A DNA stretch of 62,678 bases, counting the filler, from Chiloscyllium plagiosum (Eukaryota), in the NCBI RefSeq assembly GCF_004010195.1. It is 4 parts of one record of this genome, joined end to end, with 100 filler letters (N's around TTAATTAATTAA, not from the genome) between each part and the next. Parts side by side here need not be neighbours in the genome. Positions count along the whole stretch, not along the records: positions 1 to 28,653 come from NC_057713.1; 3 more parts are not named here. The stretch is one strand, 5' to 3'. Of this stretch, positions 1 to 12,330 are shown one piece after another (within the stretch, counting starts at the first letter, position 1; each line of letters opens with the position of its first letter). Position numbers and translations under genes: made by a program. The notes under the pieces were generated by a model, which saw only the letters and a list, made by a program, of their open reading frames with translations, ran no database searches and was not told the DNA's origin.

Positions 1-582
1 TCTTCCTCAGGCAGCTGAGGAAATTTGGCATGACGGTGAATACCCTTGCCAACTTTTATAGGTGCGCCATCGAGAGTATTCTGTCTGGATGTATCACTAC
101 CTGGTATGGCAACTGTACCATTCAAGATCGGAGACGGTTACAGAGAGTGGTGGACTCGGCCCGGACAATCAAAAAGGCCAACCTCCCATCTATAGAATCC
201 ATCTACCAGGCCTGTTGTCAAGGAAAGGCCGCCAGCATTCTCAAAGATCCATCCCACCCTGGCAGTGTTTTTCTACAACCTCTACCACCAGGTAGAAGGT
301 ACAGAAGCCTGAACACACTCACCAACTGGTTTTGCAACAGTTTCTACCCTACTATTGTTAGAATACTGAATGGACCCACAAACTCTTAACATTTGCCTGT
401 ACCTGTGTTTTTGTTTTTGCTGCTGTTTACCTATTATTTACTTATCTGTGCTATTTAACTCTGATCTACCCGTATTGCTCGCAAGACAAAGCTTTTCACT
501 GTGCCTTTGTACACATGATAATAAATTCAAGTCAACTCAATTAAATTCTTTTCAATTCACAATAAATTCAATTCAATTCAAT
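1..582 (+). mobile_element. Rex1/Babar-type LINE, 3' end (truncated by window start)
   Basis: ORF 30-389 (TLANFYRCAIESILSGCITTWYGNC...DPSHPG...LPPGRRYRS...SFYP) is the typical Rex1 ORF2 C-terminus; 3' UTR ends in a (TTCAA)n-like tail; close match to the copy at 25395-25930. Confidence 0.85.
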
Positions 583-807
583 TACCCTCATAAAAGCTCA
601 CTGGGAAGGATGGACAACCATTTTTGATGTGATTCCCAGGGGAACATGTTGGGATATTGGTGCATAATGAGGGGCAGTGGTAAAAGCCAATGCCTGGTGG
701 GAACAAAGTGAATTGGGTGTGAATGTGACTGGAATACCAATAAAAGTGCAGTTTGTACTTTTTGAACAGGATAAAGCAGGAATTTAGGTGAAGCTATAAA
801 AGTGGAA

Positions 808-962
808 TTGCAAAAATTGCTGGAAAAGCTCAGCAGGTCAACGCTAACATTTCAGGTCTGTGACCCGTCCTCGGAACCTTTGAAATGTTAAATCTGATAT
901 CTCTCCATCAATGCTGACAGACCAGCTGAGCTTCTCCAGCAATCCACAGTTCTTTCGGTTTT
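808..962. mobile_element. Short PLE-end-derived inverted repeat (degenerate)
   Basis: Arms ATTGCTGGAAAAGCTCAGCAGGTC / GACCAGCTGAGCTTCTCCAGCAAT; same family at ~8400-8500, 50400-50580 and 51870-51950. Confidence 0.6.
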
Positions 963-2112
963 TATTTGGAATACTATGGGTTTTGGATAGGAGAGTGGGA
1001 GGGTGCAAGTGTATATTGAATAGATGAGATGAAGGAAGAGGAGGTTCTTGTGGAGCTTCAGGACTAGGAGAGAGATCATTTGGGCTGAAGGGCTTGTTTC
1101 TATGCTGCAAAGTTTTAACATCATTTGACAAAAGCAAAACCAAAGGAGAAGCTAATTAAATTCCCAGGCAGATAGAAGACCCAATTATAACAGCAAGAGG
1201 GATCAGGGAACCAATAAAAACACACAGCTGGAAGACTGAACATTCTAGATTGAATAATAGGTATTTTGAAAAGTTTCAATGAAATTTTACATCTTTAAGG
1301 TGTGACACTGCTGCATAACATGGCCAGTTTAATCTTGGCTTTTGTTACAGTATCTGGCAAGATTATGTTCTTGGAGCGAGTTGTCATGGGGACTGGCTGG
1401 TGGGATAAATGCTGCAGCATGTGGTTGATGCTGGCAGGTGATGTTGCAGCCAGGAGTTTTAATGTAAGAATCTCTTAGTGGTTGGGTTTTCTCATTTTTG
1501 CATTTGATATGCAGTCAGGCTACCCAGAGTTGTCACATGTGTGACAACATCACTCGCCTGCTTGTTTTGCTGGCATTTTGCTTTTGATTAAGCTCATTTG
1601 CGCCTCACATAGTGGATTCCAGTAGCTGGACGGAATCTGTACACGGCCACTGCTGCCAAAGGGCCATCACCTCAAAATTAAAGTCATTCAGGAGAGAAAT
1701 GAGGAAACACGTCTGTGCTTTGAAGTGTGAAAAAACTCTCCAACAAAGTGCAGGAGCTTCTAACTTACCAAATAATGTTGATCCTGAGATTGTTGGCAGG
1801 AACCAAGGCAGCTGGGTGAACTCAAGTGACAGATCAGTCATGATCTTAGTGAATGCAGGACTTTGAGAAAGCCAGGTAGTAAAGGATCTGATTGGACCTT
1901 TACTCACTTTTATTTATCAAGATGTACTAAACAAGCATGCCCTTCCAAACCCAACAACCACAGTGTCGGTCTACTTCTGAATGCAGCAGGACAAATCAGT
2001 CCGCCATTAATGTCTACCACTGAACACAAGGTCAAAGCAAAGTCGCCATTGTCTTACTTGAGCATTGGGCACTTTCTTGTTCAAGAGAAATGGTGATTTA
2101 ACCTGAGAATTC

Positions 2113-2711
2113 AAAGTTTTTGCGAAGATTTGTAGCTCGGGTGCTCATTGTTGTGGTTTTGTTCGCCGAGCTGGAAGTTTTTGTTGCAAATGTTTCGTCC
2201 CCTGGCTAGGCGACATCATCAGTGCTTAGGGGCCTCCTGCGAAGCGCTTCTTTGATGTTTCCTCCGCTGTTTATAGTGGCTTGTCCCTGCCGCTTCCGGT
2301 TGTCAGTTTCAGCTGTCCGCTGTAGTGGCCAGTATATTGGGTCCAGGTCTATGTGTTTGTTGATGGAGTTTGTGGATGAATGCCATGCCTCTAGCAACAT
2401 GAATTCGACTGGGACAACACTACTATCATAGGGCAAGCCAGACAGAGAACAGCCAGGGAATTCCTAGAGGCATGGCATTCATCCACAAACTCCATCAACA
2501 AACACATCGACCTGGACCCAATATACCAACCACTACGGCGGACAGCTGAAACTGACAACCGGAAGCGGCAAGGACAGACCACTATAAACACCAGAGGAAA
2601 CATCAAAGAAGCGCTTCGCAGGAGGCTCCCAAGCACTGATGATGTCGCCTAGCCAGGGGACGAAACGTTTGCAACAAAAACTTCCAGCTCGGCGAACAGA
2701 ACTACAACAAC
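2113..2711. mobile_element. Penelope-like element (Poseidon-type), 3' end with inverted pseudo-LTR copy
   Basis: Inverted arms of ~245 bp (2148-2394 / 2464-2711); + strand from 2395 reads QHEFDWDNTTIIGQARQRTAREFLEAWHSSTNSINKHIDLDPIYQPL, a GIY-YIG endonuclease C-terminus of PLE type. Confidence 0.85.
2633..2672 (+). ncRNA. Minimal type I hammerhead ribozyme motif in PLE pseudo-LTR
   Basis: gca CTGATGA t gtcgcct-agcc-aggggac GAAAC GTT tgc: stem I gca/tgc, stem II, intact core; the mirror copy on the minus strand (2186-2225) has one substitution (GAAACATT). Confidence 0.7.
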
Positions 2712-3842
2712 TGTGTTTACACGTTGGCTTACCTGGCCAGCATCAAAGTGGACCTCCTGTTTTCGCAGGAGTGTAGATACCACGCCTAACCAATCTCAGG
2801 AAGTGATCAAGTCTGTGGGCCCATGGGCCTTCAATTTGGTCGTGCGGCAACAATAACCGTTCCTCTAGCCTAAGTATTCTGACAGGAGGCAACTTCACCA
2901 TCACCAAAGTTAAGGAGATGATGGGTGGGCACCTCCTGAGCAGGTGTTATGTACAGAAATGTTCCCCTGAGACTAATGAACATGTATGCCCTCCAGGTAA
3001 AGAGTAAGCGGTTAGCCATCCTGTAACAGCTGTCACTACTACTGGCAAAGTCCAGACTGGTCATTTTGGCTGGAGACTTCACTTGTATCATTGATGTGAC
3101 TGGACGCTCTGGAGGGATTGACAGCAAACTGGACAGTAAACATGTACAGATTATTGATTGAAACAGTTAAAGACACCAAGCTGCATGATGTCTTCAGCAC
3201 CCCTACAGAAGGAGAGCAGTGTCGATATATTTGATTGTGGCCAAATAGGTCTAGTCGCTCAAGGCTAGATATCCTGTTTGTGTCCTGAGGTGTCTCAGTC
3301 ACATCCACTGACATCCAGCTGGTGTTTTTCTCTGATTACTGCCTCCTGTTGGCCAACTATCACCTACAAGATGAACAGTGGGCGGGCAAGGGAATTTGGG
3401 AATTGAATGTGAAATTGTTGATTCCAGAACACATTGAGAGCCTCAAAAGGGATTACACAGGTTGGAGAACTGCGAAGTCCCTCTTTGACTATCCTGCAGA
3501 CCGGTGGGAAATAGTCAAGAGGAACATCAAGAAGTTCTTCATTTTCAAACATGTTCAGAAGGTGAGACAAAGATGGGTAAAATTGTTAAAATCCCATAAA
3601 ATCATGCAGAACCATACTCCTAATGCGAATGATAGGGGTTGATGTCTAGGAAGCCCTCTAAATTAAGAGCCAGAAAACCTCACTCTTTGCCTAGGAGGCC
3701 TTCAAGATAGTGTTCTGGTTCAAAGTCTGCTCTGTAGAGCTGGATGAGTCATGTTCATGTTTCTTCTTCCAGAATGTGCACAGGGAGAGCTCTGATCTGC
3801 AGCCTGAAGGAAGAAGATAGCTCAGTACCACCATTCCATGTT

Positions 3843-5035
3843 AAAAATCTCTCAACACCAGGTTATAGTCCAACAGGTTTAATTGGACGCACGCTAGCTT
3901 TAGGAGTGACGCTCCTTCATCAGGTGATTGTGGAGGGCTCGATCGTAACACAGAATTTATAGCAAAAATTTGCAGTATGTTGTAACTGAAATTATACATT
4001 GAAGAATTGATGGTCTGTTAAGCCTTTTATCTGTTAGAATACAGTGATAGTTTCACTTCTTTCATGTGTAAATCACAAAACCCTTTTTTTTAAAGTTGCA
4101 TTCTCGGGTTAGCTGTTAACAATGGTGATAGCTAGACAATATGTTGAAGGTGTTAGCCCCCTGTGTTCTCTGTCAATGACCTGATGTTTAGATTGATTCT
4201 AATCTAAAAAGTGAAATAACAGAGTTTTACATAAATTCATGCAGCTTTTGCGCTCAGAGTTCTATATGAATCTATGTCGGTTGTGGAAGGATCCTTTGGG
4301 GCCCTGGACGGAGGTGAGGGGCGAAGATTTTACACCTCTTTCGGTGGCAAGGGAAGTTCCCAAGAGTGGAGGGTGGGTTTGTGGGGGCGTAGACCTAACG
4401 AGTGAATCGCGGAGAAAATAGTCTCTGTGCAATGCTGAAACGGGTGGGGAGGGAAATAAATCTCTGGTGGTAGGGTCTGACTGTATGTGGCGAAAATGGT
4501 ATATGATGATGGATTGTACCCAGAGATTGTGGAATGGAAAGATAAGGACCAGGGAGTTCTATCCTTATTGTGGTTGGAGCTGTGGGGTTCAAGGGTGGAG
4601 GTACAAGAATTGGAGAAGATGCACTGGAGGGCATTGTTGACCACATGAGAAGGGGACATTGCCGTCGTTGAAGTAGAAACATTCATGTAGAACTCTGAGC
4701 TTAAAAACTGCATGAATTTATGTAAAGCTCTGTTATCTCACTTTTTAGATTAGAATCAATCTAAACATCAGGTCATAGACAGAGAACACAGGGGGCTAAC
4801 ACCTTCAACATATTGTCTAGCTATCACCATTGTTAACAGCTAACCCGAGAATGCAACTTTAAAAAATTTTTGCTATAAATTCTGTGTTACGATCGAGCCC
4901 TCCACAATCACCTGATGAAGGAGCGTCACTTCGAAAGCTAGTGTGCTTCCAATTAAACCTGTTGGACTATAACCTGGTGTTGTGTGATTTTTAACTTTGT
5001 ACACCTCAGTCCAACACCGGCATCTCCGAATCATG
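3843..5035. mobile_element. Penelope-like insertion: inverted pseudo-LTRs flanking a PLE ORF fragment
   Basis: Arms ~3843-4270 and ~4680-4997 are reverse complements (right arm has an internal deletion); centre 4275-4675 on minus encodes PLE RT-thumb/linker (SHVVNNALQCI...HNKDRTP...FPCHRKRC); TSD ATTCCATGTT at 3833-3842 and 5036-5045. Confidence 0.8.
4909..4943 (+). ncRNA. Minimal type I hammerhead ribozyme motif in PLE pseudo-LTR
   Basis: cac CTGATGA a ggag-cgtca-cttc GAAA gc TA gtg: stem I cac/gtg, CUA cleavage triplet; the mirror copy (3892-3926, minus) has GAAA changed to TAAA. Confidence 0.7.
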
Positions 5036-7399
5036 ATTCCATGTTGACATCCTGAGGGTCAGCCTATGTTTTTATGCCAGACTGTATAACCTAAAGCCCA
5101 CAACCAACATGGCCTGTCAATTGTGTCCTTTATCATGGAGGTCTTACATAATAACAGTTGGGAGAAGCTGGACCAGCCGTTATCTCTGGATGAGCTGACC
5201 AAGAACCCTTGAGTCCTTTGAAACAAAAAAACTCCCCAAATCAATAGCTTACAGACTGCGTTGTGTACAGGTTTCTGGGACTTGATTGGCGAGGACCTAC
5301 TGGAGATAAAATATGCAAATCCATTCCTCACCTACTAATGGAAGGAAGAAGGGAGTAAATTAGAAGTAGGTGGCCCATCTGACTGTTGAATGTGGATTAT
5401 GAAATCCTGTCTGAGGTTATTGCCAACTGGATCAGGTTTGCTCTGAAATTAGTGATTTACCCACACCAAGCCTAAGCTGTACCTGACAGGAAGATTTCTT
5501 CTGACTGCCTTGTGCTCCTCAGGGATATGATTGCCTACATGCAGGACAGGGGAGGTGGACAGCTGCCACATGAGCCTGGACCAGGAGAAGGCTTTTGACA
5601 GAATATTGCACACCTACATGTGGGATGTGCTGTCCAAAATGGGCTTTGGGGAGGGAATCTGCAATGGGATCCATCAACACCAGTAGTGCAGTCTCAATCA
5701 ATTGGTGGGAATTAGAAATCTTCCTGATCAGATCTGCCGACAGGCCTTGTTTGTGTGCTGCCTAGAGCCCTTTGCTGAATCCATCAGGAAGAATACTGAT
5801 GCTTGAGAGGAAGCTTGAGAGCAGTGAATATTCCAGGTAGCGGAGGCTGCAGGTCCAAGCCTCCCTGTTCATGGATAATATTGCCATTTTCTGCTTGGAT
5901 CTGCTGTCAGTGTGTTGTCTCATGAGCATCTGTTACCAGTACAAACTGGCCTCAGGAGTGTAGAAAAACTGAGGCAAGAGTGAGGCCATATTCTTTGAGA
6001 TCTGTGCCTACCAATTCTTTAGACCCTTCACTGTTAGACTAGATTCTTATAAAGGTGCTGGGTAGGTGGTTTGGAGGGGCTGGGGTCTGCATCAAAACTT
6101 GGGAAGAGCATATCACCAAGGTGAGTTAGAAACTGGGCAGTTAGGACCATTGGTCCCTCTCCATTGCAGGTAAAAAATCTGGTTATTATATGTGAGGTAC
6201 TCCTCGGTGTTATTGTATGTGACACAGGTTTGAACTATCCCTGAGCCTCCACCACTGCAGTCACCTGAACAATTTTCCACTTCATCTGGAGGTCAAAGAT
6301 ATCCCTACAGACATGGTCCACCATGTATAAAGCTCTAGATAAGGAGGAGAAGAGCATACCAAATGCTGCCCTCGTTGGACCGTTCCTTATCACCTGTCCC
6401 TGATGAAAATATTTGTAAAGGAAAATACCTTTTGACCATAAGTCTAACAGGTACTGGTCAAGAGTCTGTGTGAAAAGGAAAGGTTTGGTCTTGTCAGGTG
6501 GTTTCCTGAGCAGACTGTTGGCAATATTTTATTACCAGCACTTTCAAGAAGCACCAAGATGTCGCTAGCTAGTTGTGAAAAGGTCAGGACCTGTGAGATC
6601 CTTTATGTATGCCTGGATTCTCTCTGCCACCACATTGTTGCTCTTCAAAATGTTTGCAGGGGATGAAGAGACTGTCATACATCTTCTGAAATGGGTCTAC
6701 GCGAAGAAGGTGTGGAGAAAAATACAGTGGTTTTTGTCAAGTTCATTGCAAACAGCTCTGTGATGCAGGACTTTCTGCTCTATAGCCTTTTCTCCAGACT
6801 CTCACCAAGATAAACATTGACCACACCTGGAAGACCATCAAATCGGTGAAAGACGCTCATGCGGGCAGCACCTTGTTGGCCATTGTAAAGAGTTAACCTC
6901 AACTGAGTGTTGCAGACAGGCACAATCCATAGTCCAGGACTGCATGCTAAAGGACACAGTTAAGCTTGGAGCAGATGCTGCTGAGGCTTAGTGGGGAAAG
7001 AATACCTTAAGGTTTTTCTGCTGAAGTACAATGAAGTCAGTTCAGTTATCAGGCCCTTTCACCGATTCAAATGTATGTATATATTGTCCTGCATTATTAA
7101 GAAATGCCTTATTAAGAAATGTCCTGCATTATTAAGAAACTGCAATGAATGCCAAATTCTAGTGTTTGTTTGTTCTTCATGTGCAAAGACTGTACAGAAC
7201 TATTTCAGTAATTGTGTATCTTCATAAAGATTTTCTGTGAATACAGAGTATATTTATTCAATATATTAAAAAAATCAGAAGTGATCCGCAGTCAGCATTG
7301 TGGCGAAGAGGTTTACAAAGTCCACTGCACTATGAAGTTATGTGGGAAGAATGTTCTGCATGCCATTTGAGTGAAACAGTCTGAAATGAAAATAAATAA

Positions 7400-9095
7400 C
7401 AGAATGGGAATTAAGAAATGTAATAGAGAATTCAAGGGCAAGAATCAAACAGGGCCACAGTACAAATAATGTGAATGGGATGTTAAAATGACAAGTCTTT
7501 GGCCTTGTGTTTTAATACCCAGTGCTTTGCAATAGAATGGATGAATTAATTGCATAAACACAAATAGGTATGATAAGTTTAGAATTACAGAAACATGGCT
7601 GCAAGGTGACCAGGGATGAAAACTGAATATTTGAGTATTCAGTTTTTAGGAAGGACAGAAAAAGAGGAAGTGGTGGGGTAGCATTGCTGGTTAAGGTATC
7701 TGGCACAAAAATATAAGTGGGAAAGGTGGTCTGCTTGAGCAGGCTGAGAAGGGAAATTAGAGATAGTGTTAGATCCAAGGAAAGGAAATAGAAATTGGTC
7801 AAAAAAAGCTGCAGACCCAGTGACTGCATGCAGTTTCGATGTCAACAGAGAAGGACAAAAGGATTTATTCAAGAAGGGGAGAGGAAACCTGCAGGAAACA
7901 TACAAACTGGATGCAAAAACTTCTATAGGTATGTGAAGAGAAAAAGATGAGTGAAGACAAATGTAAGTCCCATACAGTCAGAAACAGGGGAAGGTATAAT
8001 GGGCAACAAAGAGGTGACTGACCAATTAAATATGCATTTTGGTTCTATCCTCACAAAAGAAAACTGAAATAATGTCCCAAATATTTTAGGAACCACAGTC
8101 AAGTGAGAGGAAGGATTTGAAGGTAATCAGTGTTACTAGAGAAATGGCGTAGCTAAAATTGATGGGACCGAAAGTTAACCAATCCCTAGTCCTTCATAAT
8201 AATCTACATCCTACAGTACTTAAGGAACTGCCCCACAAATAGTGGATGTATTGGTGGTCATCTTTCAAGATTCTGTAGATTATGAAATAGTTTCTATCGA
8301 TTGGAGTGTAGCTAATGTAACCCCACTTTTTTTTAATATATAAAGGAGGAAAAGTTATAAACAAGTTAGCTTGACATCAGTAGAACTGTTTTTTGGCTTT
8401 TGTTTAAAGAGGGGTCACTGGACTCAAAATGTTAATTCTGCTTTCTCTCAATTGATGTTTCTAGACCTGCTGTGTTTTTCCAGCAATTTCTGTTTCTCAA
8501 TTTGATGTTGGTGGTAGGACAATGTGAGAGTCCATTTATAAAATAAAATTAATAACAGGGCACTTAGAAAATGGTGAGAATGTGGTGCTAGAAAAACATA
8601 GCAGGTCAGGTAGCATCTGAGAAATAGGAGAGTCAATGTTTCTGATCATTCCTGACGATGGGCTTATGCCTGAAACATTGACTCTCCTGCTCCTGCGATG
8701 CTGTCTGACCTGCTGTGCTTGTCCATTGCCATACATTTTGACTCTGATCTCCAACATCTGCAGTCCTCATTTTCTCCTAGCCACTTGGAAAATAGTGACA
8801 GGATTGGACAAAGGTCATATGTATTTATGAAATCTACTGGTATATTTGAGGGTGTGACTGGTGGAGTCAAATGGGAGCCAATGGATGTGGTATACTTGGA
8901 CTTTTGGAAGGATTTTGATCCCATGTAAGGGATTAGAATGTAGAATTAAAGTGCATGGGATTTGGGGGTGGTGTACTGACATTGATAGAGAACTGGTTGA
9001 CAGACAGGAAACAGGATAAGAATAAATGGGTCTTTTACTTAGCCAGTGGGGTACTGCGGGGATTGGTCCACCAACTATTCACAATATATATTAAC
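7400..9095 (+). mobile_element. Degraded CR1 LINE ORF2 fragments (EN and RT)
   Basis: FRKDRKRGSGGVALLVK (~7645), KNFYRYVKRK (~7920), DWSVANVTPLF (~8300), MDVVYLDFWKDFD (~8880); heavily deleted. Confidence 0.75.
8578..8781. mobile_element. Miniature PLE-end inverted repeat with TSD
   Basis: Inverted arms around CTGACGAtgggcttatgcctGAAACATT; imperfect 17-bp TSD CACTTAGAAAATGGTGA (8561-8577) / CACTTGGAAAATAGTGA (8782-8798). Confidence 0.75.
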
Positions 9096-11000
9096 ACAAA
9101 AATAGATTGGAGCAGGAGCAGACTTTAACTCCTCAAGCCTGCTCCACCATTCCTTATGATCTTGACTGATCATTGAGCTCAATGCCCTAATCCCGCCCTT
9201 CCCACCACCACCTCCTCCGATAATCAATGATCCCTCTAGCCACAACATAGAACATTAGAACGTAAGAACTAGGAGTAGAAATAGGGATCTGGCCCTTTGA
9301 GTCTACTCCGCCATTCAATAAGATCATGGCTGATCTATTCATGACCTCAGCTCCATTTACCCTCCCTCTTAACTTAACCCTTAATTCCCTCATTGTTCAA
9401 AAAAAAGTCTTAGTTTTAAAAACATTGACTGAACTAGCGTCAACTACTTTACCAGGTAGGGAATTCCATAGAGATGTTCTTTCTCAATTCAGTCCTAAAT
9501 CTGCTCCCCATCGAGAATGTGGTGCTGGAAAAGCACAGCAGGTCAGGCAGCGTCCGAGGAGCAGGAGAATCGACGTTTTTGGCGTAAGCCCTTCCTGTCA
9601 GCTCAGGCTTGGAGGGCCAAAGGACCTGTTCCTGGGCTGTAAAGGTTTTTTGTTCTTTCTTTGTTTTGATGAAGGGCTTATGCCCAAAACATCGATTCTC
9701 CTGCTCCTCGGATGCTGCCTGACCTGCTGTGCTTTTCCAGCACCACACTCTCGACTCTGATCTCCAGCATCTGCAGTCCTCACTTTCTGCTCCCCTAATT
9801 TTGAGGTTATGCCGTCTTGTCCTAGTTTCACCTGCCAGTGAAAACATCCCATCCTCTCTACGTATATCTTATCTGTTCACTTCATAATTTTATGTTTGTA
9901 TAAGATCTCTCCCCACCCCCCACCCCAATTCTTCTAAATTCCAATGAATGTAATCCTTGTCTACTCAGTCTCTCATCATAAGCTAACTCCCTCATCTTAG
10001 GAATCAACTTCTGTACCCCCTCCAGTGCCAGTGCACCCTTTCTCAAGTAAGGAGACCAAAACCACACACAGTACTCCAGGTGTTGCCTCACCAGCACCCT
10101 ATATAGCTCCAACAAAACCTCCTTGCTTTTAATCTCAATCCCTTTAGCAACGAAGAACAAAATTCCATTTGCCTTCTTAATTATCTGTTGCCACCAGCAG
10201 ACCAACCTTCTCTGATTCGTACACAAGGGCACCTAAGTCCCTCTGCATAATAGCATGCTGCAACCTTTTATCATTCAAGTAATAATCCTTTTTACTGTTA
10301 CTCCTACCAAAATAGATGACTTCACGTTTATTAACGTTGTGTTCCATCTGCCAGACCTTTGCCCACTCAAAGTATGTATGTTCCTCTGCAAAGTTTCACA
10401 GTTCTCTGCACACTTCGCTCTGCTGTTCCACTCATCTTAGTGTCATCTGCAAACTTTGACACACTACAGGTGGTCCCCAACTCCAAATCATCCACATAAA
10501 TTGTAAATAATTGTAATCCCAACACTGATGCCTGAGGCACACCACTTGTTACTGATTGCCAATCAGAATAGCACCCATTTGTCCCCACTCTATTTGCTTC
10601 CTGTTCATCAACCAATCCTCTATCCATGCTAATATTTTATCCATATTGCTATGCATCTTTATCTAATATAGCAGCTTCTTGTGCGGCACCTTGTGGAAGG
10701 TCTTTTGGAAGTCTAGGTACACCACCTCTGCTTGGTCACCATTGTCCACTGTGCTCATAATGTCTTCATAGAAATCCAAAAGATTAGTTAAGCATGACCT
10801 GCCCTTCATGAACCCATGCTGCCTCTGCCCAATGGGACAATTTCTATCTAGATGCCTTGCTATTTCTTCCTTGCTAATAGATTCCAGCATCTTTCCTACA
10901 GAAGTTAAGCTAATCGGTCTGTAATTCACCACCTTTTCTCTATCTCCCTTTTTAAACAGCGACATCACATTTGCTGTTTTCCAGTCTGCTGGAACTAGTC
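9095..11000 (-). mobile_element. CR1 LINE 3' portion (RT plus 3' UTR), with an adjacent second 3' end
   Basis: Minus-strand ORFs with NYRPISLTSV, QHGFMKGRSCLTNLL, VYLDFQKTF, SGVPQASVLG, KFADDTK, LVRQHLEYCVWFWSPY; AGAACAT-type tail at ~9245. Confidence 0.9.
9510..9785. mobile_element. Miniature PLE-end inverted repeat with TSD, inserted in CR1
   Basis: Arms 9511-9594 / 9667-9754; TSD TCTGCTCCCC at 9500-9509 and 9786-9795. Confidence 0.8.
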
Positions 11001-11059
11001 TAGTGAATTTATACTAAAAGATCAAAGTGTCACACAACTGATGCAAAATTTTGAACAAA

Positions 11060-11185
11060 CAGCAATTTAGTATAAATTGTGTTCTATGATCCTGTCTACG
11101 AGTTACCTGATGAAGGCACAGCACTCCAAAAACTTGTATTTCCAAATAAACCTGTTGGACTATAATCTGGTGTTCTGTAATTGTA
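11060..11185 (+). mobile_element. PLE pseudo-LTR 3' end fragment (same family as 4870-5035)
   Basis: CCTGATGAAGG...CCAAATAAACCTGTTGGACTATAATCTGGTGTT; a minus-strand relative lies at 49575-49690. Confidence 0.65.
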
Positions 11186-11189
11186 AGAA

Positions 11190-12330
11190 GATTCCCTGCT
11201 CCTGTCCTCAAATCCTCTCGTTATAAAGGCCAGGATACAGTTTGTCTCTTTACTGCTTGTTGCAACTGCATGCTTACTTTCAGTAACTGGTCAGCAGTGA
11301 CATCCAGGTGTCATTGAACATTCCCTCTCTCAATTTACAGACTTTAAACTAATAATCTGCTTTCCCACTTTTGCTACCAAAATGGATAACCTCACGGTTA
11401 TTCACATTATGCTGCAGTTGCCATGCATTTACCCAGTCACTCAGCTTGTTTAGATTACACTGCAACATCTCTGCAACTCCTCACAGCTCACCCTTCCACC
11501 TAGCTTTGTATCATCTGCAAATTTTGTGTATTACATTTACTTCCCTCATCTAAATCATTGACATATATTAGAATAGCTGGCATCCTAGTACCAATCTGTG
11601 CAGTACATCTCCAGTTGCAGCTTGCTAATCAGAATTATTTCTGCTGTTTATTTTTGTCTGCCAACCAGTTTTCTATTCATGTTTATACACTATTCCCATG
11701 CACTTTTTTTTTAACACGTTTCACATTCACACACCCCATATGAACCACATCCACTAGCTGTCCCAATCAACTCTTCTAGATACATCCTAGAAGAATTAGA
11801 CTTGTCAAGCATGATTTCCTTTTGTAAATGTGTCTGATTCCACCATGCTTTTGAAATGCTCTGCTCCAAAATCCTTGACACTGGACTCTAGCATCTTCCC
11901 CACTATCAACGTCAGACTGAGGTCTACATTTCCCTGTTTTCTCTCTAACTCCCTTTTTAAATAATAGGGTTACATTAATGCCCTCCAGTCTGCAGGAGTT
12001 GTTCCAAGTCTAAAGAATCTTGGAAGGTGACCAGATAGTCCAGAACCATGGGTAACAGTGTAAGGATATGGGATAGGTCATTCATGACTGATAAGGGGGG
12101 AAATTTCTTCTCCCAGACAGTAGAGAAACTAATTCTCTTTCACAGAAAGTGGTTGAGGCTAAATCATTGCTGTGAAGGAGTTTGATACCGTTCTTAGGGC
12201 TGCAGGTATCGAAGGGAATGGGGAAAAACCATAAAAATGGTACTGCTTTGGATTTTCAGCCATGATCAAATTGAATGGTGCAACAATTCAAAGGGCCAAA
12301 TGGCCTACTTTTCCTTGTATTTTCTGATTC
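11190..12330. mobile_element. Old CR1 fragments (minus 11190-12030, plus 3' end 12035-12330)
   Basis: Degenerate RT-region similarity to the neighbouring CR1; 3' UTR motif CAGCCATGATC...GAATGGTG...GGGCCAAATGGCCTACT. Confidence 0.65.

Larger units (their letters stand above)
2712..7274 (+). mobile_element. Degraded Tx1/L1-clade LINE ORF2 (EN-RT-zinc finger) with A-rich 3' end
   Basis: Fragmentary motifs in order: VDLLFSQEC (~2740), AGDFTCIID (~3070), SRLDILFV, FFSDYC, GIWELNVKLL, DQEKAFDRI (~5580), GFGEGI, FMDN (~5870), ETVIHLL (~6670); many stops and frameshifts; interrupted by a PLE at 3843-5035. Confidence 0.8.

Noticed and set aside
30..389. ORF resembling the ALKBH8 N-terminal/DUF1891-type domain
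   Set aside because: It is the Rex1 LINE ORF2 C-terminus; repeated at 25420-25780 and on minus near 15800-16040
1290..1365. Minus-strand zinc-knuckle-like RYCNK..GHVMQQC
   Set aside because: Needs a frameshift and has no other gag/pol motif nearby; too weak to call
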